Shown here one piece after another: positions 40,403 to 48,824 of a stretch of 64,000 bases of DNA. Where the stretch lies: the IMG/VR virus record IMGVR_UViG_3300027963_000066, positions 11,996-75,995 of that record; one strand, written 5' to 3'. A program made the position numbers and the translations under genes. Every line of letters starts with the position of its first letter. The first letter of the stretch is position 1. A model generated the notes under the pieces. The model saw only the letters and a program-made list of their open reading frames with translations. It had not been told where the DNA came from and did not search any database. Source of the stretch: a virus.

Positions 40403-41140
40403 ATGAATAACAAAATTTTTGCATTAATTGTGAAAAATTTAGAATTAGCCTTTAATTTACCCAAATATCAAGAAATTAGAGAAACCCTAGGTAAAGACAC
40501 AGTGATAAGTACTTTGCCCTGGACTCCGGCACGCCTTGAAAAATTTAAAGAGGCAATCAGTACTGAGTTAGACTTGCCCGTCCTTAAATTGGATGATACT
40601 CTAGAATCCATAGTCAACGATCTTGATGCAAAATACCTAGATCGATTCTTTGGTCAGATCTGGAAACCTAGTACAGATGAATTCCAATATAGTGGTTGGG
40701 CCCTAGTCGAAGAAATCAATCGACAAAATCCTCGAGCAGTATTAGACTTTGGATGTGGTTACAACCAGTTTAAAGGCAGAATTAAAAATCTAGTGGGCAT
40801 TGATCCCTACAATAATTGTGCAGACTATATGGTTGATATTTTAGAATTTAAAGTTGAACCAGAAAGTTATGATCACATACTGGTATTGGGAAGCCTTAAT
40901 TTTAACGATGAAGCACTGATCAAAGTAAGATTTGAAAGATTACTAAGTTTACTGATGTCCGGCGGCCGTATGTACTTTAGAGCCAATCCCGGGCTACCTC
41001 ATAAGACAGGACCTTATGTAGATATTTTTCCTTGGTCTTTTGAATTTGCCTACCAATTGGCTTCTGAGTATAATCTTGAATTAGAAACTTTTAAGAAAGA
41101 TTCTAAAGACCGTTTGTACTTTGTCTACAAGAAAAATTAA
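40403..41140 (+). CDS. Methyltransferase with small N-terminal helical domain
   Basis: VLDFGCG, GIDP, YDHILVLGS. Confidence 0.78.
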   Translation: MNNKIFALIVKNLELAFNLPKYQEIRETLGKDTVISTLPWTPARLEKFKEAISTELDLPVLKLDDTLESIVNDLDAKYLDRFFGQIWKPSTDEFQYSGWALVEEINRQNPRAVLDFGCGYNQFKGRIKNLVGIDPYNNCADYMVDILEFKVEPESYDHILVLGSLNFNDEALIKVRFERLLSLLMSGGRMYFRANPGLPHKTGPYVDIFPWSFEFAYQLASEYNLELETFKKDSKDRLYFVYKKN

Positions 41141-41835
41141 TCTAACAGATGACGATTGTAGATAGCAATTTCTACATCGGCTGTATGTTCGGTATGATGT
41201 AGATGCACATCGACAAATTTGCGATAGGTCTCGTCTTCAATTCTTTCCACGGTCCAATTAAATTCTTCTGCAAACCACTCTCTGGTAAATTTGTTAATTT
41301 TTACATTGCGGGCTTTGCAAAACTTTCTCATTAGAATATTGTGTTCTTGGATCATCCTATGCATGGTGTTATCGTCTTTGTAAAACGGACGATAATCCGG
41401 GTAGCTGATATCCCAACCTCCTGCACCATACCACCCTTGGGCACACTTATCATCGGGCCTGAACACCATGATGATTGGGCTAGTTGGCCAACGTTCTGCA
41501 ATAGAATCAAGATGATGACTTAAAAAATGACTCTTAACCAGTAGGCGTCCCCAACTAGGATCACGCCATTCATTAACAACCTGTTGTTCAATGTGTGAAG
41601 GATCCAAATTAGTAAAGTTATTCCAATCTTCTCCGAACCCGTGGCCTGGTCCAAAGTACACTCCAGTATGCACAATACTACGGGCTAAGGTGGTAGGTCC
41701 TACATGACGATACTCTCGTTCTGGAGTTCGATCAGTAGTATTAAAATTTAAATGCTCAATGGCCTGAAACACATTGGCAGTACCGGACCATTTAGATCCC
41801 GGAGCTCCGGTAAACCAGACAAGATTTTTATTCAT
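41137..41835 (-). CDS. Sulfotransferase-like protein
   Basis: FTGAPGSKWS...LVKSH...MVFR. Confidence 0.55.
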   Translation of the reverse strand: MNKNLVWFTGAPGSKWSGTANVFQAIEHLNFNTTDRTPEREYRHVGPTTLARSIVHTGVYFGPGHGFGEDWNNFTNLDPSHIEQQVVNEWRDPSWGRLLVKSHFLSHHLDSIAERWPTSPIIMVFRPDDKCAQGWYGAGGWDISYPDYRPFYKDDNTMHRMIQEHNILMRKFCKARNVKINKFTREWFAEEFNWTVERIEDETYRKFVDVHLHHTEHTADVEIAIYNRHLLD

Positions 41836-41838
41836 ACT

Positions 41839-42651
41839 TTATTTAAGACGCCGTTTGCAATGATCAATTAATAGTGATATCCAATCATTGGAAACTCCTA
41901 TTTCTTTTTCTAACACAGCAAGATTTTTATTATTGTAAGAGATAATTTTGTCCTGATCAATCGATATGTTAAGATGCTGTTCTATGATATATTGATTAAG
42001 TCTATTGCCGCAAATCAGTTGCCCTATATCAAAATAAAACCAGCCATCGTACTTGGTAGTAGACCATGTCTTATACCATTTGTATCTTGTTCTAATATAG
42101 TGTTCAAGATCTGCCTGCCCGTTAATCAATATTCCTAATTTGTAGGCAAGGAATTTCCAATTTTCATAAAGATCAGCATCGAGCAAGTCTGTCAGCTGGT
42201 GCGAATATTGATGCCCTGAGTATATTAGATCTTCTATTTCTTTTCGTCTTGCGGGCCAGGCCTGTGAGTCGCTGATGTTTGATTTGATCCAACTTAGACA
42301 ATAGGCACGATCGACATGTTCAGTATCCGATGAATACAATCGTATACCTTGACAGGGCAAGTTGGTCATTGAAATGTTGTTAAACCAATGTGTAGGAACA
42401 CAAAATGATTGATCACCATACGTTGATTCTAACTTGGCAACTTGTTCAGTGTTAATTGGCCATTCTTTGTTGCTGGGAAAAGTTTTTACATCTAAATTGA
42501 TGGCCGCTAAATAATTTGGAAACAGTACTCTATTAGATTCTGTAGTCGCGAGATCAGGCACGTGGTAAAAATCTTTGCCGCTTGCGTGTACAAGACTAAC
42601 AAAAAATTCACCAAACATTCCTGGTTGATAACTTACGATAATGGGCTTCAT
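41839..42651 (-). CDS. Hypothetical protein
   Basis: ORF track. Confidence 0.65.
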   Translation of the reverse strand: MKPIIVSYQPGMFGEFFVSLVHASGKDFYHVPDLATTESNRVLFPNYLAAINLDVKTFPSNKEWPINTEQVAKLESTYGDQSFCVPTHWFNNISMTNLPCQGIRLYSSDTEHVDRAYCLSWIKSNISDSQAWPARRKEIEDLIYSGHQYSHQLTDLLDADLYENWKFLAYKLGILINGQADLEHYIRTRYKWYKTWSTTKYDGWFYFDIGQLICGNRLNQYIIEQHLNISIDQDKIISYNNKNLAVLEKEIGVSNDWISLLIDHCKRRLK

Positions 42652-43251
42652 ATGATCAATTTAAAAAATTTACAATTTGATATTACTACTTATGGTCAAA
42701 ATCTAGCCTTGACATTTTCTGGAGGCTCTGATAGCTCACTGTTATTTTATTTGGCCGCACGACAAATACTAGATGAAAAATTAGATATCAATCTAAATTT
42801 ATTTGTCACAGAACGTTTTAATCAACCGGTACCCTACGCCTTTGCGGTACATAAACGAATATGTGATCTGTTGGGATGCCACCAGTTTACTTTAACAGAA
42901 ATGAAGCGTTCTGAATTACCGCAGGATGCAGTTATAGGGCCACTGGTACAATATCTAACTGATGTAAAAACTTTTGACAGTATCCTTTCTGGCAAAAACA
43001 AATATCCTGATCACATACGCCCATTCCATTTTGCCTGGTTTGAAGAAACTGAAATCCTTAGATATCCTTTTAAAGAGTATACTAAGGATACGTTAATCGA
43101 TTGTTTTTATCAGTGTGGGATAGAAGAAGTGTTATCAATGACACACTCCTGTGGTTGGCAGAGTGCAGGTTATTGTGGGAAATGTTTTAACTGTCAAGAA
43201 CGTGAGTGGGCCTATAGTCAATTGCCCCATAAATTAAACATGGGGGCATAA
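42652..43251 (+). CDS. QueC-like PP-loop protein
   Basis: FSGGSDS; THSC...CGKCFNC.ER; start probably ATG 42652. Confidence 0.75.
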   Translation: MINLKNLQFDITTYGQNLALTFSGGSDSSLLFYLAARQILDEKLDINLNLFVTERFNQPVPYAFAVHKRICDLLGCHQFTLTEMKRSELPQDAVIGPLVQYLTDVKTFDSILSGKNKYPDHIRPFHFAWFEETEILRYPFKEYTKDTLIDCFYQCGIEEVLSMTHSCGWQSAGYCGKCFNCQEREWAYSQLPHKLNMGA

Positions 43252-43796
43252 TGAAAATTTTAATCTGCGGAGATAGTTTTGCGGCCGATTGGACTGTTAA
43301 ACATAAAGGAACAGGTTGGCCAAACATGCTGGCCGATCTATATCAAGTAACCAATCTAGCTCAAGCAGGGTGCAGTGAATACAAAATTTTAAAACAAATA
43401 CAGTCGGTGGATTTGTTTGAATACGATAAAATTATTGTTTGGCATACTAGCCCTTATCGGATCTATGTTGAAGAACATCCTACGCACAATAAAGATGTTT
43501 TGCACAAAAACTGTGATTTTATCTACAGCGATGTCAAAGCTCAGCAATCAAAAGAGCTAACTCCTATAATAGATTATTTTGAAAAATATTTCAGTTTTGA
43601 ATATGCTGATTTTGTACACTCTTTAATATGTAAACAGATAGATGAACTCTTAGAGCCTGTAAAAGATAAAGTAATTCAAATACCTCAGATGATCGATTTT
43701 GATCATTTGACCAAGCCAAATCAAGGACTAAATCATTTTGACACTGATGGGAATCAAATAGTTTTCAACAAGTTAGTCAAAATTATCAACCCATAA
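43251..43796 (+). CDS. SGNH-hydrolase-like protein
   Basis: CGDSF...NLAQAGCS...NH. Confidence 0.65.
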   Translation: MKILICGDSFAADWTVKHKGTGWPNMLADLYQVTNLAQAGCSEYKILKQIQSVDLFEYDKIIVWHTSPYRIYVEEHPTHNKDVLHKNCDFIYSDVKAQQSKELTPIIDYFEKYFSFEYADFVHSLICKQIDELLEPVKDKVIQIPQMIDFDHLTKPNQGLNHFDTDGNQIVFNKLVKIINP

Positions 43797-43803
43797 ATAC
43801 AGT

Positions 43804-44553
43804 ATGAACATCAATGATCCAAAATTCCATCCAGTGTATGCGGATAGAAATACCACCCTCGAATGGTGGGGGTCAGATAACAAAAATCGGTTTAACGAAA
43901 ATTTAAAAACTAAAAAATCTGATCTCGAAAAAAACGGGTGGCTAGAAAAAGAAATTACCTATTCTATAAACAGTGAAGGATTTAGATGTCCCCAGTTTGA
44001 CAATAATGATTGTGTCATGTTCTTAGGAAAAAGCGTTTCAATAGGAATTGGTTTAGAATACGAAAGAATTTATCCTACTTTGGTATCAAAGGTATTAGGA
44101 TTAAGATGTGCAAATCTTTCTATTGCAGGCACTTCAAACGACACGTCATTTAGAATGGCATTGCACTGGATAGGCAAATTAAAACCAAAAATTCTTGTGT
44201 TTGATTCAGAGGCAAAAGATAGGGTAGAGCTGTTATCAATGGACAGTGTTATGAATTTTGTGCCATCTTTGCCCGACACACACCCTTTTTATCTAACACA
44301 TCTATCAGCAGAAGAAAATAGTGTGCTTAACTATAAGAAAAACCTGTTGGCCATTATAAAACTCTGTGATATCAACCAAACAAAATTTGTTGAAGTCTCG
44401 ACCTATAAGACCAATCTATCGAGCGACAGATGTACTTATGAATTAAAAAGACCGGATCCGGCCTCAAATCAATATGCTAGAGATTTAATTCATCCTGGTA
44501 ACTTTATTCATTTTTATAAAGCACTGGACATCCTAGATATGATAAACAAATAA
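43804..44553 (+). CDS. SGNH-hydrolase-like protein (paralogue of 50937-51635)
   Basis: NSEGFRC, FLGKS, ANL..G.SND, RDLIHPG. Confidence 0.65.
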   Translation: MNINDPKFHPVYADRNTTLEWWGSDNKNRFNENLKTKKSDLEKNGWLEKEITYSINSEGFRCPQFDNNDCVMFLGKSVSIGIGLEYERIYPTLVSKVLGLRCANLSIAGTSNDTSFRMALHWIGKLKPKILVFDSEAKDRVELLSMDSVMNFVPSLPDTHPFYLTHLSAEENSVLNYKKNLLAIIKLCDINQTKFVEVSTYKTNLSSDRCTYELKRPDPASNQYARDLIHPGNFIHFYKALDILDMINK

Positions 44554-44554
44554 C

Positions 44555-44630
44555 TGGCCTGCCCGGGAGGGATCGAACCTCCGACCCACAGCTTAGAAGG
44601 CTGTTGTTCTATCCACTGAACTACGGGCAG
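44555..44630 (-). tRNA. tRNA-Arg(UCU)
   Basis: Loop CTTCTAA, CCA. Confidence 0.92.
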
Positions 44631-44636
44631 GTAATC

Positions 44637-45431
44637 TTATTCGATGCCTAGAGATTTTCTAATCTTGGTAGCACTGATATCGGTAATTGTAGAATCAAAA
44701 GATTCTTGCTCAATTTTATACCCAACATCTCTACCATACGTGATGTTAACAATATTAGGCACTACCTGTATAGTATACTGTCCCTGGTACTTAGGGTCAA
44801 GATCTCTTCGAATAAATTTAGTAACTTTTTCAAGTTCAAACGGATTACTGCCCTGCCAGCCTTGGCAGTCTCGTATCATAATACAGACCTGTCCAGTTTT
44901 AGCGATGGCACGTTCAAATAAGGCTCGATGTCCTTCGTGCCAAGGTTGCCAACGACCCAGCATCTGTACTGTTTCTCGTTGCCAATCAAACACCGGGCGT
45001 CGACGATTGTCTAAAATGTGTGCGGCAATAAACTCGCCCCACCATTCGGCACGTTGTTCGGTGATTCTAAAGTCATAGACTTCGGGTTCTTGGAACATGG
45101 CATTGGTGTCGGCGTAACGTCCTTCACGTATTGTGTCTACCCAAACGGTCCAATCTGCTTTAAAGTTATTGCGCATCTCGGCCAAGGGTGCTACAAAATC
45201 ACAGATCACATAGTCCATATCTGACATTGCATCGGCAAGTTCACGCATACGCTTACTCTGGCGAATCCGTCCAGCTTCACTGAAATCCCAATCGTCATAC
45301 TTCTTACGTACATCGTCGGCATTGAGCCAACCAATGCGCTTGCCTTCCCGTTGAAGGTAGTCAACAACCCATTGTGCCAGTGTTGTTTTACCTGAGCCTG
45401 GCAATCCCATGATTAGTATTCGTTTAGTCAT
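44637..45431 (-). CDS. Adenylylsulfate kinase-like domain fused to HIGH nucleotidyltransferase
   Basis: GLPGSGKTT, LNADDVR, DFSEAGR; GRWQPWHEGH; start MTKRIL. Confidence 0.85.
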   Translation of the reverse strand: MTKRILIMGLPGSGKTTLAQWVVDYLQREGKRIGWLNADDVRKKYDDWDFSEAGRIRQSKRMRELADAMSDMDYVICDFVAPLAEMRNNFKADWTVWVDTIREGRYADTNAMFQEPEVYDFRITEQRAEWWGEFIAAHILDNRRRPVFDWQRETVQMLGRWQPWHEGHRALFERAIAKTGQVCIMIRDCQGWQGSNPFELEKVTKFIRRDLDPKYQGQYTIQVVPNIVNITYGRDVGYKIEQESFDSTITDISATKIRKSLGIE

Positions 45432-45447
45432 GCAGGTATTTATTTTA

Positions 45448-45524
45448 TGGTACCTCGTCTCAGATTCGAACTGAGAGCCAACAGATTTTGAATCTATCCG
45501 CACTACCAATTAGCGTAACGAGGC
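45448..45524 (-). tRNA. tRNA-Leu(CAA), short variable loop
   Basis: Loop TTCAAAA, CCA. Confidence 0.85.
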
Positions 45525-45526
45525 AA

Positions 45527-45647
45527 AACAGGTTCTCATTTTTTGTGCTACCACTACACCAACACCGCTGACCAAGCAGTGCCCAGGATTCGAACCTGGC
45601 CCGTCTTTTTTACAGAAAGATTTTAATAAGATTGCTGAAAAGAACCT
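45527..45647 (-). ncRNA. CAGCAA-helix RNA copy 3 enclosing a circularly permuted tRNA(GUA)
   Basis: AGGTTCT-TTTCAGCAA...AGAACCT-GTT around anticodon arm, T-arm, capped acceptor stem, D-arm. Confidence 0.85.
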
Positions 45648-45661
45648 AGATGGTCAAATAA

Positions 45662-45771
45662 AACAGGATGAGCTGTCATGGCCGGGAATCGAACCCTATT
45701 TCAGACAATGTCCCCAAATGGACGGCCTCGCGAAATGTGGAGCGAGTAAAATGGTTTGCTGTAATCATCCT
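45662..45771 (-). ncRNA. CAGCAA-helix RNA copy 4 with mini tRNA-like domain
   Basis: AGGATGA-TTACAGCAA...TCATCCT-GTT; internal GGG-TTCGATT-CCC T-loop. Confidence 0.75.
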
Positions 45772-45787
45772 AAAACTAAATATTTGT

Positions 45788-46288
45788 ATGAACCGACTTC
45801 TTGAATATTTGGATTTGCCTAAATTGCCTGCCGAACTGATCGAAGAAGCAAAGTTAAGCACACAGATCAATCCAAATGTTTTTATTTTTAAAGACTATTC
45901 AGCTTACAAAATCTTTGATGCTACTGAATCAATCTCAGAATACACTCGTAGTATATTTGATTTTCCGCACCATACAAAAGTACAATTGATATCAGGGGAC
46001 ATCGCCATACACATTGATTATGGTCGATCAGTAGTTTATAATTATCTAATTGACTATCCTGGAGAAATAGCTTACTCTTGCCACTATCAAACTAGCGATC
46101 CTGCTAGTTTGATCAGTAAGGAAGCATTAACACCAGACTGCTGGTCTAGATTAGATGTCAGTGTTTATCACAATCTTTTAGGAGTCAAGGTTCCGAGATT
46201 GTTTATCAGTGTTGCTCCTATAGAAAAAATATCCAAAGAAGATATTCGACGGAGCAGACAATGGTACAAAGAATTTGGAGCGGGATAG
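45788..46288 (+). CDS. Hypothetical cupin/oxygenase-like protein
   Basis: IHID...YHN...PRLFIS; TAAATA before ATG 45788. Confidence 0.6.
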   Translation: MNRLLEYLDLPKLPAELIEEAKLSTQINPNVFIFKDYSAYKIFDATESISEYTRSIFDFPHHTKVQLISGDIAIHIDYGRSVVYNYLIDYPGEIAYSCHYQTSDPASLISKEALTPDCWSRLDVSVYHNLLGVKVPRLFISVAPIEKISKEDIRRSRQWYKEFGAG

Positions 46289-46349
46289 GAGAATCGAACT
46301 CCTGACTAAACCTTGGCAAGGTTTCGTTTGACCATTAAACTAATCCCGC
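46276..46349 (-). tRNA. tRNA-Gly(GCC)
   Basis: Loop TTGCCAA, CCA. Confidence 0.92.
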
Positions 46350-46362
46350 ATGTTTTTATTTA

Positions 46363-46452
46363 TGGTCCCCCACTGAGGAATCGAACCTCATCCTGGACCT
46401 TATCTAGATTAATCGGTTATAAGCCGACCTGCTCTCCATGAGCTAGCGGGGG
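46363..46452 (-). tRNA. tRNA-Ile(UAU) with long variable region
   Basis: GTCGG-CTTATAA-CCGAT, ~21-nt variable region, CCA. Confidence 0.8.
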
Positions 46453-46465
46453 AATAAATATCGTT

Positions 46466-47332
46466 ATGATTAACATCTTAAAAGAATACACCAGTAAAGA
46501 TTTGAGTAAAAAACTGATCCTGTCATTGCATGATCAAGCCGTTGTTGAAAGTGTGATAATGCCCGAGTCTGCACTGGGACCGTCGGCACTTTGCATCAGC
46601 GTTCAGGTAGGTTGTGCAGTAGGATGTACTTTTTGCAAAACTGGTCAAGATGGTCTGAAGCGTAATTTATCCGCTGACGAAATTATCGATCAATTGACCA
46701 TCGCCGAAGAACAAAAATTTATAGATTTTATAGTGTTCATGGGCATGGGCGATTCTGCCCACAACATTGATGCTGTACTAACGGCAGTTGAAGAATTTGT
46801 TCATCGAGGAAAAAATAAAGATAAACTTCTTGTCAGTAGCATAGGCACAGATAAGTTTTTTGATAAATTAGAATCTGCAGTGGTTAAACCCAGACTAGCA
46901 GTCAGCCTGCATTCTGCAATAGATGCCACTAGAAAATCTATAATTCCCATGGCCAATTTAATGAGTGTACAAGAATTGATCGAACGCTCTCAACAGTATG
47001 CACAATTAACCAATCGAAAAATCATGTATCAATTGACCATGCTGGCTGGAGTCAATGATACCGATGAAGAGATTTCAACAGTTATAGATCAATTAACACC
47101 ATACAAACAGCATTCTATTATACAGATAATACCTTGGAATTTTATATCCGATGCAATGTTTACCTGTACACCCCAATCTAAAATTAAAGAAATAGTTGAT
47201 CGATTTAGGAATCTAGATTTTGATGTTAGGCAAAGATATTCTTTTGGACAAGATATAGGCGCGGCCTGCGGCCAACTGTCGTCACAAAATCAATTGGCTC
47301 CCCAGGGTGGGATCGAACCACCGACACCCTGA
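46466..47332 (+). CDS. RlmN/Cfr-family radical SAM RNA methyltransferase
   Basis: CISVQVGCAVGCTFCKTG, FMGMGD, AVSLHS, GVND, DIGAACGQL. Confidence 0.9.
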   Translation: MINILKEYTSKDLSKKLILSLHDQAVVESVIMPESALGPSALCISVQVGCAVGCTFCKTGQDGLKRNLSADEIIDQLTIAEEQKFIDFIVFMGMGDSAHNIDAVLTAVEEFVHRGKNKDKLLVSSIGTDKFFDKLESAVVKPRLAVSLHSAIDATRKSIIPMANLMSVQELIERSQQYAQLTNRKIMYQLTMLAGVNDTDEEISTVIDQLTPYKQHSIIQIIPWNFISDAMFTCTPQSKIKEIVDRFRNLDFDVRQRYSFGQDIGAACGQLSSQNQLAPQGGIEPPTP

Positions 47333-47370
47333 TTAACAGTCAGGTGCTTCTACCGCTGAGCTACTAGGGA
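47295..47370 (-). tRNA. tRNA-Asn(GUU)
   Basis: Loop CTGTTAA, CCA. Confidence 0.92.
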
Positions 47371-47376
47371 ATAAAA

Positions 47377-47452
47377 TGGTTGCGGGACTTGGATTCGAAC
47401 CAAGGATGGCAAAGGCTTATGAGACCTCGCTGGTGACCAGACCCTTCCCGCG
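47377..47452 (-). tRNA. tRNA-Met(CAU), initiator-like
   Basis: CGCGGGA/TCCCGCA with C1-A72 mismatch; loop CTCATAA. Confidence 0.8.
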
Positions 47453-47505
47453 ATATTCGTTTACACACTACTTATCCTATTGTACACCGTGTGTAAGGGT
47501 GACAT

Positions 47506-47582
47506 TGGTCGGAGTACAAGGATTCGAACCTTGGGCCCCTGCGTCCCAAACGCAGTGCTCTACCAGACTGAGCTACACTCCG
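47506..47582 (-). tRNA. tRNA-Pro(UGG)
   Basis: Loop TTTGGGA, CCA. Confidence 0.92.
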
Positions 47583-47589
47583 AATAAAC

Positions 47590-47664
47590 TGGTACCTCGT
47601 GACAGGGTCGAACTGCCGACATTCGCCGTGTAAAGGCGCTACTCTACCACTGAGTTAACGAGGC
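47590..47664 (-). tRNA. tRNA-Val(UAC)
   Basis: Loop TTTACAC, CCA. Confidence 0.9.
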
Positions 47665-47672
47665 AAAAACCG

Positions 47673-47906
47673 TTATCTAATTTTTTTCAAATAGTCTTTG
47701 AGAGAATAATCACCATTCTCAAATTCTTTAAGAGCAGTTACGCATGGATATACCTGATCTCTGCTTTCACTATTCTTATGTTGCCTTGCGATTTCTCTGG
47801 CTCGAGTGGCCAAGGCCAGGACCATAGAAAATCTATCATTGCCGGAATTTTTAACACATTTTTCAATATCTATCTCTGTGCCACGACTAAGTGTTTTTAC
47901 TTTCAT
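47673..47906 (-). CDS. rpoZ: RNA polymerase omega subunit-like protein
   Basis: IEKCVK...DRFSMVLALATRAREI...PCVTALKEF matches the omega NRF.LV..A.RAR....AL.E pattern; AGAGGA RBS. Confidence 0.75.
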   Translation of the reverse strand: MKVKTLSRGTEIDIEKCVKNSGNDRFSMVLALATRAREIARQHKNSESRDQVYPCVTALKEFENGDYSLKDYLKKIR

Positions 47907-47926
47907 ATTGTCCTCTTTTAAAAAAC

Positions 47927-48000
47927 TGGAGCGGGGTAAGAGAATCGAACTCTCAGCATTAGCTTGGAAGGCTAAGGTATTACCACTATACGAACCCCGC
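47927..48000 (-). tRNA. tRNA-Gly(UCC)
   Basis: Loop CTTCCAA, CCA. Confidence 0.92.
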
Positions 48001-48002
48001 AT

Positions 48003-48111
48003 ACTTTATTGAAACACATTGTTGCGGCCGCAGGATACCGAGTGATGTAGTGAGTCGGAATCAAACCTTCCCAATCTACACAGTGCTCTCCACAATGCGC
48101 TTCAATAAAGT
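48003..48111 (-). ncRNA. Long-helix-closed structured RNA (family 2)
   Basis: ACTTTATTGAAGCGCATTG...CAATGTGTTTCAATAAAGT. Confidence 0.55.
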
Positions 48112-48317
48112 GTCTAGCTACCTACACCACATAGGCCCTAGACTGAGCAGTTACTCTGTCCATAACATTTATTCTTTTGGAAAGGTGTTATACCTCACCT
48201 AATGCGTTCCCGCCACTCCTCTACAGAGTACGGATGGTCAATGCATTACACACCTGGCGCTCTCTATGGTGACTGCCCCACCCTCCTTCGCTAACGGGCA
48301 GGAGTGCCCGGGTTTTC

Positions 48318-48382
48318 AACAGGTTAATACTAGTTTAACGTCCTAGCAGACAGCCATTTTTTTTAATCGCTGTAATTAACCT
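48318..48382 (-). ncRNA. CAGCAA-helix RNA copy 5
   Basis: AGGTTAAT-TACAGCGA...ATTAACCT-GTT. Confidence 0.72.
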
Positions 48383-48387
48383 AAAAC

Positions 48388-48461
48388 TGGTGCCCCTACA
48401 CAGAATCGAACTGCAAATTGCGGATTACAAAACCGCCGTTATACCATTTAACTATAAGGGC
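48388..48461 (-). tRNA. tRNA-Thr(UGU)
   Basis: Loop TTTGTAA, CCA. Confidence 0.85.
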
Positions 48462-48467
48462 TCTAAC

Positions 48468-48561
48468 TGGCAGTGACGGAGGGATTCGAACCCTCGGACC
48501 CGGTTTATGCCGAATCGTCTTCTTAGCAGGAAGGTGGTTTAAACCGCTCACCCACGTCACT
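48468..48561 (-). tRNA. tRNA-Ser(GCU)
   Basis: Loop CTGCTAA, long variable arm, GCCA. Confidence 0.9.
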
Positions 48562-48567
48562 ATAATT

Positions 48568-48643
48568 TGGTGCCCCAGAGGAGACTCGAACTCCTAGGAT
48601 TTGGTTTCTAAGACCAACACGTATACCATTCCGTCACCGGGGC
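48568..48643 (-). tRNA. tRNA-Leu(UAG), short variable loop
   Basis: Loop CTTAGAA, CCA. Confidence 0.87.
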
Positions 48644-48746
48644 ATTATACTCTACTTATCATATAGAAACACACTTATCACTTTTCTCGACAGTGGTGTG
48701 AAGTCCTTACAACCTAAATTACATTTAGGCTAAATGTGTTTTTATA

Positions 48747-48821
48747 TGGTAGGGGCACAGAGAATCGAACTCTGATTAATAGGTTAAAAGCCTACTACTT
48801 TAGCCGTTAAGTTATACCCCC
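48747..48821 (-). tRNA. tRNA-Lys(UUU)
   Basis: Loop CTTTTAA, CCA. Confidence 0.9.
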
Positions 48822-48824
48822 ATA

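Noticed and set aside
45432-45509. N-terminal extensions in the ORF track (also 45668, 47907-48002, 63746-63790, 42562)
   Set aside because: They run through tRNAs, ncRNAs or opposite-strand genes; downstream ATGs fit better
46466-47332. Calling this gene cfr (antibiotic resistance)
   Set aside because: Motifs place it only in the RlmN/Cfr family; specificity cannot be read from the sequence
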